DNA of 64,000 nt from Octopus sinensis (lineage: Eukaryota). Under the pieces are notes generated by a model that did no database searches, was not told where the DNA came from, and was given only the letters and a program-made list of their open reading frames with translations. Position 1 is the stretch's first letter, and the number at the start of each line of letters is the position of its first letter. The position numbers and the translations under genes are program-made. The DNA lies in NCBI RefSeq assembly GCF_006345805.1, contig NC_043014.1, positions 51,150,001 through 51,214,000 on the forward strand, read 5' to 3'. Shown one piece after another: positions 1 to 12,450 of the stretch.

Positions 1-153
1 TATTATTATTATTATCATTATTATTATATCATTATTATTATCATTATTATTATTATTATTATCATTATTATTACTATTATTATTATTATATTATTATCAT
101 TATCATTATTATTATATTATTACTATTATTATTATTATTATTATTATTATCAT

Positions 154-185
<32 letters not shown>

Positions 186-225
186 ATTATTATATATTAT
201 TATTATTATTTATTATTATTATTAG
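1..225. repeat. (ATT)n/(ATC)n trinucleotide microsatellite
   Basis: Continuous tattat/tatcat repeat from the window start. Confidence 0.97.
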
Positions 226-684
226 CAATTACTCTTGTTGCTATAGCAGTAACAGTGCGAGCGGTTAGAGAAGCCAGTAATCACAAGAGAATAAAAGTGA
301 AAAACCATGGCTACTAAGTGCTTGGAAGGAAAACGAAAATCAATGATTTTCTATATAAAATAATTTTTTTTTTAGTAATTCCATCGGGGCATCTCCATCC
401 ATACACAGAAAAAGGAAACAAAATAAACACTTTAAAAAATAGAACTCTGGAAATATACTAATGGAAACTTCTGTCTCCAATTGCCATAAACAGCAATTCC
501 AATTGCAGAATTTTGCAGCTGAATTAGCGGGCAAAATTCCAATATTTGGAATAATAATAATAATGATAATAATAATAGAGTTTAGCAACTTTTCAAAAAT
601 CATCGTGGTGAATATTGCGAAATCGAAAGGTTGTAGTTATCTTGATCTTTCCCAACCCTCTCTATCTGTGTCTCTGTGTCACTG

Positions 685-712
685 CATATATATAATATAT
701 ATATATATATAT

Positions 713-744
<32 letters not shown>

Positions 745-852
745 GTGTGTGTGGTGTGTGTATATATATATATATATGTGTATATATATATATATATGTA
801 TGTATATATGTATATATATATATATGTATGTGTATATATATATATGTATGTA

Positions 853-913
<61 letters not shown>

Positions 914-917
914 TATC
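685..917. repeat. (TA)n/(TATG)n compound microsatellite
   Basis: Direct reading; source of the overlapping YI-repeat ORFs. Confidence 0.95.
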
Positions 918-1560
918 GAAAGACAGAGAATGAGACACAAAGAAAAAGAGAAAGGGACAGACAGACAGAAGAAGAGAAAGACTAACAAGGAGATAAATTC
1001 GTAGATAAATTAAATTTAATCTAGATGATATATATATATATATACGTGGGTGGATGTGTATGGGTGATGCATCTATACACATGCATTCTGTGCATGGAAA
1101 TTTCGTTTGTGTGTGTACCAGCGTTTGTTGATGCCACTGGAAGATTTGTCCTACATCTGAGTACATTTCATTTTCATACAGCGCAGACATTTATTAGCCT
1201 AAGTGAAAGAATATTTCGGAGTCAGCCTCAATAACTATAATTTATTTAATAAATATAAACTCAGTAAATAACATCAAAGCGACCAATGTCACGATAAAAT
1301 GAAAGGGCCTAATGTAATTGTATGACCAAATAGACATAACAGCTTAATGGTAAAGAATTAAATAAACAAATCAAATGGGCTTAACATTAAGTCAATAAAT
1401 TTGAAGCATGAAAGCGATACATTGGTATGGATGAAGGCAATTTCAAAATAAGGTTTCACATCCATAGAGAATGAGCAGAATGAGCAGAAATATAACACAA
1501 TTATATATGAATGTGCTGAGTGTAGAAATCTTGTCGTTACAATGATTTGATATTACCCAG

Positions 1561-1686
1561 ACAACAGTCGAGCATTTGATACGACAAAGTAATAACAAAT
1601 TTTATTGCGGAAAAATTGTATGTCATCCATATCAAACGAACGGCAATAATGAGAATATCTCATGCCCGGGGGAACCTATACTTGAG
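1561..1686 (+). other. Candidate 126-nt coding exon (TTVEHLIRQSNNKFYCGKIVCHPYQTNGNNENISCPGEPILE)
   Basis: Acceptor ttacccag ends at 1560 and a perfect donor GAG|GTAAGT lies at 1686/1687. Length is a multiple of 3 and only the phase-0 frame is open. The pyrimidine tract is weak and no homology is recognised. Confidence 0.3.
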
Positions 1687-1887
1687 GTAAGTTTTTAATT
1701 GCCCACTGGATAATAATCCAGAAAAGCTCGTACATAAAAAAAGGTAAAATTTGCGAAATATCCTAACGTTGAAACATCACCTGAAGACCATTCTTATACG
1801 GATGTGAAATTTGTTTAACAAAGAAATAGTTAAAACAATTTTTCCCGCCTTTTATCTGTCTCTTACCTATCATTTTTTTCTGTGTAA

Positions 1888-2106
1888 GTGTGTGTGTGTG
1901 TGTGTATGTTTGTCCGCCCAACATCGCTTGACAACCGATGGTGGTGTGTTTACGTCCCTGTAACGTACCGGTTCTGCAAAAGAAACCGATAGGATAAGTA
2001 CTAGGCCTCCAAAGAATAAGTCCTGGGGACAATTTGCTCGACTAAAAGCGGTGCTCGAGCATGGCCGCAGTCAAATGAATGAATCAAGTAAAAGAGTAAC
2101 AGAGTA
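1888..2106 (+). mobile_element. SINE family A, 3' half
   Basis: Matches the 3' half of the full copies at 10349 and 56374 (ttgacaaccgatg...gcatggccgcagtcaaatga...aagtaaaagag). Confidence 0.9.
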
Positions 2107-2245
2107 TAACCTCTCTTTCCAATTCTTTTTTACTTATAATTATAATCTCTCATTGTGATCACAACAGTGATCCTCGATCAACCAGATCTACGATGGACGT
2201 TTTTCTATTCGTAAACTTCATGACAATCAGAAATATATAGGTTTA

Positions 2246-2639
2246 CTAGCAGTATCGCCCGGCTTTGCTTGGGTTTGTTTCGACCCTTTAGAATTGGAAT
2301 TTTTGAAAAGTAAAAAATTTGCATTATGTAGCTTGTTATTCTCTTTAAGTGAACATTTTTTTCTGGTCGAAATACCCCGAATAATATTGACACAGCAGTC
2401 AGAAAATAGTAAAAAATAGGGATTTTTTTATAGAAAAAGGCACCCTATTGATGTAAATAATTTTTGTGTTAACATGGTCCGATTTGAATTTTGTCTTCTA
2501 CGGAAGGAAGAGCAGGCCTTCTTCTATCATACTGTCAATTTTTGTCAACTTGCACCGCAGGGTCTCGGAGGAGATAGCGTTAGTTGGAGGCTACCAAACC
2601 TGCCGTACACAGACAACTTCAGCTTTATATATAGAGAGA
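2246..2639 (-). mobile_element. Non-autonomous Helitron
   Basis: Minus strand reads A|TCTCTCTATATATAAAG...CCCAAGCAAAGCCGGGCGATACTGCTAG|T: 5' TC, 3' CTAG, subterminal GC hairpin, inserted in an AT dinucleotide. Confidence 0.8.
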
Positions 2640-2890
2640 TAATATTTAATTTTACCTAAATTTTATTTAAAGAAATGTGATGTGAATTTTGTTATCTACG
2701 GCTGCTTTTTCTATCAGGTCAAACTATGGCGAAGGGTCCCCCCCCATCCATTTGCCTAATAAATACCTATTTAATATTCGATCTGCAGCTACGATTTTTA
2801 GTGCATCCCTGTAAAGTGATACAATTTGATCTCGGTTTCTTAGTTGTTCAAACGAAACACATACGAGTGATACTCGTCTAACTCTGACAT

Positions 2891-3273
2891 GGAAGCACTC
2901 CGTCGGTTACGAAGATGAGGGTTCCGGTTGATTCGAATCAACAGAACAGCCTGCTCGTGAAATTAACGTGTAAGTGGCTGAGCACTCCACAGACACGTGC
3001 ACCCTTAACGTAGTTCTCGGGGATATTCAGCGTGACACAGAGAGTGACAAGGCCGGCCCTTTGAAATACAGGTACAACAGAAACAGGAAGTAAGAGTGAG
3101 ATAAAGTTGTGGTGAAAGAGTACAGCAGGGATCACCACCATCCCCTGCCGGAGCCTCGTGGAGCTTTAGGTGTTTTCGCTCAATAAACACTCACAACGCC
3201 CGGTCTGGGAATCGAAAGCGCGATCCTATGACCGCGAGTCCGCTGCCCTAACCACTGGGCCATTGCGCCTCCA
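2891..3273 (-). mobile_element. tRNA-derived SINE family B (tail type B1), full length with TSD
   Basis: Head GGAGGCGCAATGGCCCAGTGGTTAGG (A box) and TTCGATTCCC (B-box-like). TSD aactctgacat at 2880-2890 and 3275-3285. Near-identical to the copy at 30053. Confidence 0.92.
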
Positions 3274-4192
3274 CAACTCTGACATACACACAAAAGTATT
3301 ATTATAGCAAAATACATCATTCAAATTTATTTTTCTTGATTATATTTGCTCCTGCACTTGCCTTTTGTTCGACGAGATAGAAGTTTCGTTGAATAATAAT
3401 GACTCATTTCCACGCTAACACATTCCACACCGCCATTCCTTATTCCTGTCAAAGATTTTGATATATCCCCATTTCTTTCAACACACCAAGTTATATATCA
3501 TTCTAGTTCTTTATTTATAGCCCGCATTTCTTCGTTCATATCCTTCATTCTCTCTATATTACTTCCTTCTTCATTCCTTTCTTACCTCCTTTGCTTCCTT
3601 CCTCCCTTCCTTTCTTTCTCGTTACACACCTTACATTATATCTTATTTCTCCTACATTTTCATTCTTCTGTTTACATTTTCTTCTCTTCCATACCTCGTC
3701 TTTTATTCTAACATATTCTCCTTCTTTTTCTATTTCATTCAATGCATTATTCTCAGCAATTTTTTCTTCTTTCAACTTATTATTTTTTTCTCATTCTTTA
3801 TACTTAAACTACAACATTACATCGTTTTGTTTTTTCATTTTGTTTTGACAATTTTATTTATTTTTGGATAAGACGAAGGTTCTTCATCATTATTCTGTTT
3901 TTGTATCATAAACTGATTTCCAAGTTGCCAAGTTACGTGAAATAGGTCTATAAATCTTATAATATATGTTCTAATTTATTCCCGTTATTACTTTCATCCT
4001 AACAAAGCATTCTTTTATTTGATCCTTCAAAAGGAACAAAACCCTACACCATTCCACCAAGCTTAAACCAAATATAAAAAACAGGAAAATATTCAAACGA
4101 AAACATCATGAAAACATTTCCGTTATCTTAACGAAAATTCTTCAAAACTTTGTATTTCTACCTGTATAATTTACTAGTATTATAGAAACTTA

Positions 4193-4194
<2 letters not shown>

Positions 4195-4267
<73 letters not shown>

Positions 4268-4360
4268 TATTATTATTATCATCATCATTGTTATTATCAT
4301 CATCATCATAATTATTGCTGTTGTTGCTGTTTTTTCTTATTGTTGTTATTATTATCATTA
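4195..4360. repeat. (ATT)n/(ATC)n microsatellite
   Basis: Direct reading. Confidence 0.95.
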
Positions 4361-4700
4361 ATTCTTAGCGGAATTTGAGCTGTCGTCACATTCTGAGTTC
4401 GAATTCCACCGAGGCCGGCCTTGCCTTTCATTCTTTCGGAGTCGATAACTTAAGTACCAGTGAAACACTGGGGTCGATGTAATCGACTAGTCCGGTTCCC
4501 CAATTATTATTATTATTACTATTATCATTGATTCTTAGCGGAATTTGAGCTGTCGTCACATTCTGAGTTCGAATTCCACCGAGGCTGGCCTTGCCTTTCA
4601 TTCTTTCGGAGTCGATAAATTAAGTACCAGTGAAACACTGGGGTCGATGCAATCGACTAGTCCGGTCCCTCAATTATTATTATTATTATTACTATTATCA
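4361..4700 (+). mobile_element. Tandem 170-bp duplication of a headless SINE family C fragment plus (ATT)n tail
   Basis: attcttagcggaatttgagc starts at 4361 and again at 4531. Both units carry the core ttgcctttcattctttcggagtcgataa...aagtaccag...ggggtcgatg. Confidence 0.88.
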
Positions 4701-4729
4701 TTTTTATTATTGCTGTTGTTGTTATTCTT

Positions 4730-5010
4730 ATTATTTTCTTTGCACAGCTTCTAACACTGAAGATGTACGGTGTCAGCAGTTCACTACCAGTGAACTAAGG
4801 TAACACCTCTTATTTTCGAGCACCTTCCGGAGTATTCGAGCGATTCCAAGCAGTGCTGTTTTCTGCAAGTACTCCATCGTTATTGCAGCTCCTATTTGAT
4901 TCATGTATTTTCAAGATTGTTACTGAGTGTTCCCAGGGCTCCAACAATTATTGGTACCTCTACCTCCATTTTCATCAAACACAACTCCTTAACCTCCCAA
5001 GCTAACCTGT
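4730..5010 (-). pseudogene. 3' relic of an R4/Dong-clade (restriction-like endonuclease) non-LTR retrotransposon
   Basis: Minus-strand translation with one frameshift: RLAWEVKELCLMKMEVEVPIIVGALGTLSNNLE/KYMNQIGAAITMEYLQKTALLGIARILRKVLE. This resembles R4/Dong C-termini (VxPxxxGxLG...LQKxALLGxARILRK). The 3' UTR runs into (AAT)n. Confidence 0.75.
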
Positions 5011-5633
5011 TACATCTTTCGACTCACACCACTGCTATTTAGCCCTAGGAAGCATAAACACTTTCTGTCGGCCTTAACACATTTCTTGTGTCCTTATGCT
5101 TGCAAGGGGGAGACAAGCACCCCCACCCAGCTAAGCCTGCAACCAGGGACCAGTCTCTGGGTTCTTGCTCGTCATCAGTCTGGAGCAGCACGGCCCGCTA
5201 GCTGGAGATGCCCTGTTTAGCCCTTGCAAACATATAAGAATTCTACTGAAATAATTCCCCGTATTACAAAAATAGAAATATTACATTTTTAAATATCTCT
5301 GAGAGATATAAGCAGCAGTGGTGCGATAGAGCAGTTGTATAGTGTCAACTCAATGTATACTGTTGTATACTGTCAACTCAATGCAAGCATAAGAGCATAG
5401 GAGGTGTGTCAAGGCCGACAGGAAGCTTTGATGCTTCCAAAGGCTAAGTAAGACTGGTGTGATTCCCTTCACGGGACTGTCACATTTTGTTGACAGTATA
5501 CAACTGCTCCATATAAATTTTATATGAGGAAAATATTGTAAAAAAAATATATTATCTACTCTCAGTACAAACACTTCGATTTGGATAAAGGGAAAAATAC
5601 GATTTCTGTCTATGTTTTATGAGAATTTAGTAT

Positions 5634-6695
5634 TATTAGGTCGTCCAGTATGAAATTTGTAATGAGGTATACAGCAAAATTTGACAGCTGCTCATTTTGC
5701 GCCATTATCATATTTTGACAATCTTTATTTTTTGCTAGAAAGCTGACACATCTATTTCTCTATTCTAACTCATTTTGCGCTTTATAAAGTATTTATAAAT
5801 CGTCTTTTGCTATTTTTGTTTAGAGATAGGTATGTCAGAAATTCGTACAGTTTTGAAATATAAGTTTTATTTTCGAAATATAGCATCACAGACAGCTCAG
5901 AATTTTAATGGAATATTTCATTCAAATGTTATTACACAGCAGATAGTATCAAATTGGTTTGCAAAATTTCGTTGTGGTGACTTTGACCTCACAAATGAGC
6001 AACGCGGTCGACCAGAAACGAAGGTGGATCATGACGCGCTGAAAGTCACCGTCGAGTGAGATCCATCTCAAAGTACCCGTGAATTATCATTGTTGTTCGG
6101 TGTTAGCAAGCAAATAATATCTACTTAGTTTAAATCCATAAAGTGAAAAAAGTTGGATAAATGGGTTCCACATGAACTCAATGAAAATCAGAAACACCTA
6201 CGTTTGGAAGCCTACTTAATGCTACTTTCTCGTCACAAAATGAATAATTTTTTAATCGAATTGAAACATATGGTGAGAAATGAATCCAGTACAAAAACCG
6301 TAAACGTTCAACACAATCGTTGGACAAAGACGAGCCACCACAACACAGTCCAAAGAACAAAATTCATCAAAAGAAGTTGATGGTGTGTATTTGTTGGTCT
6401 GGCGCAGGTGGGATCCATTATGATTTCCTTAAAGTTGGCTCATCAATCACAGGCGAAGTATATTGCAGCCGACTGGACCAAATGATGCAGAAACTTACAA
6501 AAACAGTTTAGATCAGTCAACAGCTCCACTTCTGTTTTATTGCCAGACAGCGCCAGACCACACCGCAAAAATGACATTGGTGAAACTACATGATTATGAT
6601 TTGGGAGTTCTCCATCATCCACCACACGCACCTGATCTTGCTCCCACTGACTACCGCTTCTTCCAGAATTTGGATAACTATTTGATAGGAAAAAA
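5634..6695 (+). mobile_element. Decayed mariner DNA transposon (Hsmar1/SETMAR-like transposase), 3'-truncated
   Basis: Left end tattaggtcgtccagtatg is TIR-like. Fragmented frames give an HTH (WFAKFRCGDFDLTNEQRGRPETKVD), WVPHEL (6162-6179), KKLMVCICWSGAGGIHYDFL and HPPHAPDLAPTDYRFFQNLDNYL (from 6613). There are stops and frameshifts, and no right TIR was found. Confidence 0.92.
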
Positions 6696-6837
6696 TTTAT
6701 TTTATTCATATATACGTACATCCATACATACATATAAGCATAAATACACATGTATATGTGTATAGATGAGTGATTATATATATAAATATATAATGAACAC
6801 AAGGGTGTACGTACGCTGCTATATATAGATATATATA

Positions 6838-6869
6838 TGTGTGTAGTGTGTGTGTGTGTGTGTGTCTGT

Positions 6870-6912
<43 letters not shown>

Positions 6913-6930
6913 TGTGTGTGTCTGTGTGCA
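6838..6930. repeat. (TG)n microsatellite
   Basis: Direct reading. Confidence 0.95.
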
Positions 6931-7132
6931 GAGCAAAAACGCAACAGAGGACATTAAAATATTCGGACAGTATGACGATACAAATGTAGAGAAAAGAAAC
7001 AACAATTAGAAGGACAGGCAAAAAATGACGGGTCATTCGTGCCTTCTTTCTTCAGTTAAGTTCCAGAAGTCAGGGCCATTTCGGGCAGTTACAATCGAGA
7101 TTTTTCAATCTAGAAATCACTCCCACATAATC

Positions 7133-7432
<300 letters not shown>

Positions 7433-8243
7433 GGATGGTGCTTTCTAGCTTACTTTACGAATGTCAATTATAGAAAGTGAATTCGTATTAGCATGGCATC
7501 TACTTAATGGTAGTTTCAAGAATTTTTATAACGAAACAAATAAGACATTTCTGCATCTGCCATCTTGTCTTCCCTGGTGATTTAAATATATCGAGGGCGT
7601 TTGTGCGCTTTACAGAAGACGGACAGCAGCTTTGGGAATTAAATACGAAATAGGATGAGGCGAAGGAGAAAGTGGAGAAGAATAAATGTATGAGGAGAAG
7701 GAAGGGAAGGGGGTGAAGAAGAAAATGAAGAAGTTAGATTGAAGGAATAGGAAAAGAAGGATCACCAAGTTATAAGTGACTGAGAAATAGTTTAATGACA
7801 TTTTAATTAGCGATAAGAAAATTCGGACATCATGACAAATTTTGTTGTGCCTTAAGAAGCTTTAATTTATACCATTATTGATGATAATGAATAAATTACT
7901 TGCATATCTGCTTTAATGCAAAACACAATCTCTGAAAATAATGCTGAATTTAAGATGCATCCTCAGGTAAAAAATTCGTTGTTTAATACTAAATTCACGA
8001 CGTAAAATGTGACATACACACACACACACAAACACACACACACAAGTTTTGTCAGTGAACAGGTCGCGGTCTCGATGCGACGAAAATATTTTGACAAATT
8101 AAATTTTAATGTTGAAGTGAATCTAACGGATTTTGTGTGTTTCTTAAGTGGCTTATAAACACCTTCCACGCTGCAATTGTTTTCGTTCCAGCACAGGATC
8201 TCAGATCAAATCAAGTCACTTGCTATGTAAGTATATCTCCGTA

Positions 8244-8274
<31 letters not shown>

Positions 8275-8278
8275 ACAC

Positions 8279-8319
<41 letters not shown>

Positions 8320-8534
8320 CTAATGTAGGATAAGATTTTTTCGAAACAAAAAAATTTTATCAATGGCCAGCATATCAAAAAATACTTTAAAGGTTAAATG
8401 TATAAATAACTTATAAAATGAGGGCAAGAGAAAAATTCTAATGCCAAATATGCCGAAAAAAGACAAAGTTGTCAATAACCATTATAATTCGTGCGTCTCG
8501 AAACATGCCGATAAAAATTTCTAAAAAATTCCGT

Positions 8535-8599
8535 TATAACCGCATTGGTCCCAATTTCGGGGTTAATTCATAAGAATTTTCCCCTCCTCAGCGATAATA
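8535..8599 (-). ncRNA. Type I hammerhead motif with G at cleavage position 17 (probably inactive)
   Basis: Minus strand: UAUUAUCG-CUGAGGA-GGGG[AA AAUUC UUAU GAAUU AA]CCCC-GAAA-UUGG GA CCAA-U-G-CGGUUAUA. Stems I, II and III all pair, but the triplet is AUG rather than NUH. Confidence 0.65.
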
Positions 8600-8652
8600 C
8601 GTAAGACATAAATGGAATACTTACTCATACCCAAGTTATATATATATATATA

Positions 8653-8696
<44 letters not shown>

Positions 8697-8800
8697 CCGG
8701 AGTAAACACATAAATGTGAAACAAGGTGGAAAAAAGAGTACTCAAATACCAGTGGTAGAGTAATATGCTTTATTTAAAGCAGCAGAAAATTCAACAAAAC

Positions 8801-8838
8801 CTGTTACTCTGAGTTTCCCGTTGCCGTTCATCGGACAG
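8801..8838 (-). ncRNA. Degenerate type I hammerhead motif (U4C, stem II mismatch)
   Basis: Minus strand: CUGU-CCGAUGA-ACG GCAA CGG-GAAAC U CAG A GUA-ACAG. Stem I (CUGU/ACAG) and stem III (ACU/AGU) pair. Confidence 0.5.
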
Positions 8839-9168
8839 TTTTTACAGTGGCATCTTGAAGAATTATAGTGGTACCGGCTGGTCCCAATACATTTTTCAAT
8901 GTGACCCATATACAGGCACCCAGAGACACCCTGCCCCACACACAGACGCCCGCCTTCCCACACGCGCACTCGCTCACTCGACGAATGCAAACATTTTGAA
9001 CGAATCAACGTTTAAGCCTGGTATTGTATCGGTCATTTTGAGGAACCATCAAGTTCCGGTGGTGTAAGCACACCGGATATGAAGCGGTGGTGGGAAACAA
9101 ATACCTACACAGACGAACGTATCTATGCACACGCACACTCACATGCACACACACGATCAAACACACGT

Positions 9169-9169
<1 letters not shown>

Positions 9170-9201
<32 letters not shown>

Positions 9202-9215
9202 TATATATCCATCCA

Positions 9216-9267
<52 letters not shown>

Positions 9268-9276
9268 CATACCTAC

Positions 9277-9323
<47 letters not shown>

Positions 9324-9395
9324 ACTATCTGCACATCTATCTATCTATCTATCTATCTATCTAACTATCTGTCCATCTTTCTATCTATCTATATA
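9170..9395. repeat. (TA)n-(CT)n-(ATCT)n compound microsatellite
   Basis: Direct reading. Confidence 0.95.
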
Positions 9396-9688
9396 GATAT
9401 TCAATTCTTTTGCTTTATTTCCAAAATTAATACATATTAGTCAATATCTAATGAAAAGAACGTGTTTGGTATGAGCCTCGTTTTGATACAAATATCATTA
9501 TAGTAAAAATACATTTTAGCCAGAATTTTTGAATTATTCCAGAGACGGGAATTGTATTTGTTAACTGCTATATCATGGCGCATATTATTTTAAGAAAGCT
9601 TGCTGTTAATTAACAAGTCAATCTACCATTTGAAAACATTTCTTTAAGTAGTACATATTTTTTATTTATTTATCGACTTCAATCTCCA

Positions 9689-9748
<60 letters not shown>

Positions 9749-10348
9749 ATATCTATCTATCTATCTATTTATATTAACCTCTCTCTCCCTCTCCCCCCCC
9801 TCTCTCTCTCTCTCTCTGTCTATCTATCTATACATTAGAAAAAAACATCTGTATTTCTAGCTAAATCCTCGAGGTAGATATCGTTAATTAGTTTTTACCA
9901 AATATAAAACGGAAGCTTGCAAGATATAATTTGTTGAAATGACGTATATTGTGATTATAAAATAAATCATTTCTCTACTTTTTGTTACAATTGGTAAGTT
10001 TGTAATTGTCTTTGGATTATTTCGATTTAATATATACAATATCTTACGCGCCGAAATGGCAAAATCATTACTGCGCCGGTGAAAATGCCTAGCCATATAT
10101 ATATATCAGGCCGCATAAATATTTTGTTCAATACGATATACTAAATACACAAAAAAAAAAAATCCAACATATTTATTTACCAAAAAGTCATCAAAGCAGA
10201 CGACGTTGGCAATAAGATAGCCATGTCACACCCTGTGCGCACATATCCGAATGTCACAAACTAAGCAGGAAGAATGGTTAGTGAAGATTTGTGAAGCTAG
10301 TGTTTAGCTTTGAAGATACCATCGATATTTGCTATGGAATTGCTGCAT

Positions 10349-10513
10349 AGGTGCAGGAGTGGCTGTGTGGTAAGTAGCTTGCTAACCAACCACATGGTTC
10401 CGGGTTCAGTCACACTGCGTGGCATCTTGGGCAAGTGTCTTCTGCTATAGCCTCGGGCCGACCAATGTCTTGTGAGTGGATTTGGTAGACGGAAACTGAA
10501 GAAGCCTGTCGTA

Positions 10514-10566
<53 letters not shown>

Positions 10567-10797
10567 TGTGTGTGTGTGTTTGTTTGTTGTCTGCGTTTGT
10601 CCCCCTAGCATTGCTTGACAACCGATGCTGGTGTGTGTTTACGTCCCCGTCACTTAGCGGTTCGGCAAAAGAGACCGATAGATTAAGTACTGGGCTTACA
10701 TAGAATAAGTCCCGGGGTCGATTTGTCGACTAAAGGCGGTGCTCCAGCATGGCCGCAGTCAAATGACTGAAACAAGTAAAAGAGAGAAAAAGAGAGA
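10349..10797 (+). mobile_element. tRNA-derived SINE family A, full length, with internal (TA)n(TG)n
   Basis: A box TGGCTGTGTGG, B-box-like GGTTCAGTC, CORE-like cttgggcaagtgtctt, an internal microsatellite and an aagtaaaagag tail. Further copies lie at 15193, 56374 and 61831. Confidence 0.93.
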
Positions 10798-11276
10798 ATC
10801 CAACCAAGAGAATTGCTTTCAAATGTTCATCAGTTAACTTCGTTTGATGTGCTGACTTCACATAACTTCATTATTGAAAATGTTTGCTCACATACATAAA
10901 GTTGTTCCAAACAGTGATGCCATCGAGAGGCAAATGAACCCTCGTGGATCTGGTGATCATGTTATTATGTTCTTGAAGTTTGATCGTTCTTTAAAGACTG
11001 GAGGAGCACTTAATATGCGTTTGGGTAGAAATTGGGAAGTTGCAACATACGGCATTTAAAATTAATGGTATTTAAACGTAGCAAAGGCCACCTCCCGCTT
11101 GGTCTGAGCACAGGTGATCTCTTTCAGAGAACAAATGTGAGAGAGGGAAAGAAAAAGATCAAGAGAAGAAGAGTGAAGAGCAGAGAGTGTAAAAAAAACC
11201 TTACTGCGGCATGAGCATTTTCTGTGGACCTTGGAAGGATCCCATGCAATATTGCCGTCGGTTATTCCTAACAATA

Positions 11277-11660
11277 TCTTTATATATAAAAGTAAGGTTG
11301 TGTGTCTGTCTCCTACGATTTAGATTCCTAAGTACTCTCACATTTTGCGGTGCAGTTTAACCAAAACCGGGTATCTTATAGTCGGGATTCATATCGAGCC
11401 CTTCTGGGTATTAGCGATGAGTCTACGATTTTAGAAATAATTCATCATCATTTTTTTTCCATTTTAATGCATATTTTTTAAATATAAGGGAAGTAACTCT
11501 CTAAAAATGTCTACGATGAGTCAACGATTTAAAAAAAAAATTACCTAATTTTATTTCCATTTTTAATGCATTTTTTGGCTATTTTTTGGCTATAACTCTC
11601 TAAAAATGCTTTATAGTTATTTCCCTTACAAACCCGAGCAACGCCGGGCGATACTGCTAG
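11277..11660 (+). mobile_element. Non-autonomous Helitron
   Basis: A|TCTTTATATATAAAAG ... CCCGAGCAACGCCGGG hairpin (11633-11648) ... CTAG|T. No TSD, AT target. Confidence 0.82.
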
Positions 11661-11689
11661 TTTAAACATAAAAATATAATCGGGTTTTT

Positions 11690-11783
11690 TATAAACACTG
11701 AATAGCTATGAGGTGTCACTTGAGGAAAACAGGAATCAAAGAAGTCCATAGGTTAAAAAAAAGGGGGTTGAGAAACCCTGGCA
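11690..11783 (+). mobile_element. Possible terminal fragment of a hAT-type non-autonomous element
   Basis: Ends in gttgagaaaccctg (reverse complement CAGGGTTTCTCAAC, a hAT/Charlie-like TIR). A related end, ggttgagaactattg, lies at about 43050. The other TIR was not found. Confidence 0.35.
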
Positions 11784-12087
11784 GAACTTCTCATCTACAT
11801 CACATTTTGTAAGGATCTCGAAAATATAACCCACCAAAGTCTGCAATGTATTTCTGAATAGTTTCTATACTGGAGTAAAAATAACACACAATAATTATTT
11901 CGCTTATCATCTTAATCTATTTCAGAAATTGTCCTGTAATCCGCCTCAAACTGTGTATTTAATAAGGCATACAACACATATCGCTGCATATGCCATGGGG
12001 AACGGCGATCTCGATGTTTCCGCTGAAGTGAAATGCAGTGGACGCTTTTAATAAACATACGCGCATATGTGTGGGTGTGTGTGTGCA

Positions 12088-12088
12088 C

Positions 12089-12160
<72 letters not shown>

Positions 12161-12329
12161 GTCTGTCTGTGTCTCTGTCTGTATGTCTGCCTGCCTGTCT
12201 GTCTGTGTGTCTGCCTGTCTGTGTGTCTGTGTGTCTGTCTGCTTGTCTGTCTTTCTATTTTCTATCCATTTATCACTTTCTGCATGTATACGCATATATA
12301 TATATATGCACAAATATATATATATATAT

Positions 12330-12414
<85 letters not shown>

Positions 12415-12450
12415 TGTATACACACACATATATGTATACATACATACATA
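12088..12450. repeat. (ATCT)n-(GTCT)n-(TA)n-(TG)n compound microsatellite
   Basis: Direct reading. Confidence 0.95.

Noticed and set aside
3195-3273. tRNA genes at SINE heads (also 10349, 21023, 25068, 30360, 56374)
   Set aside because: A and B boxes are present, but there is no complete cloverleaf or acceptor stem, and each continues into a shared SINE body, often with a TSD.
5165-5185. CTGATGA on the minus strand next to the Dong relic
   Set aside because: No downstream stem II/GAAA arrangement.
7060-7132. Minus-strand GGG..CCC-GAAAUGGCC hairpin resembling half a hammerhead
   Set aside because: The CUGANGA core is absent where the sequence runs into (TA)n, and there is no valid cleavage triplet.
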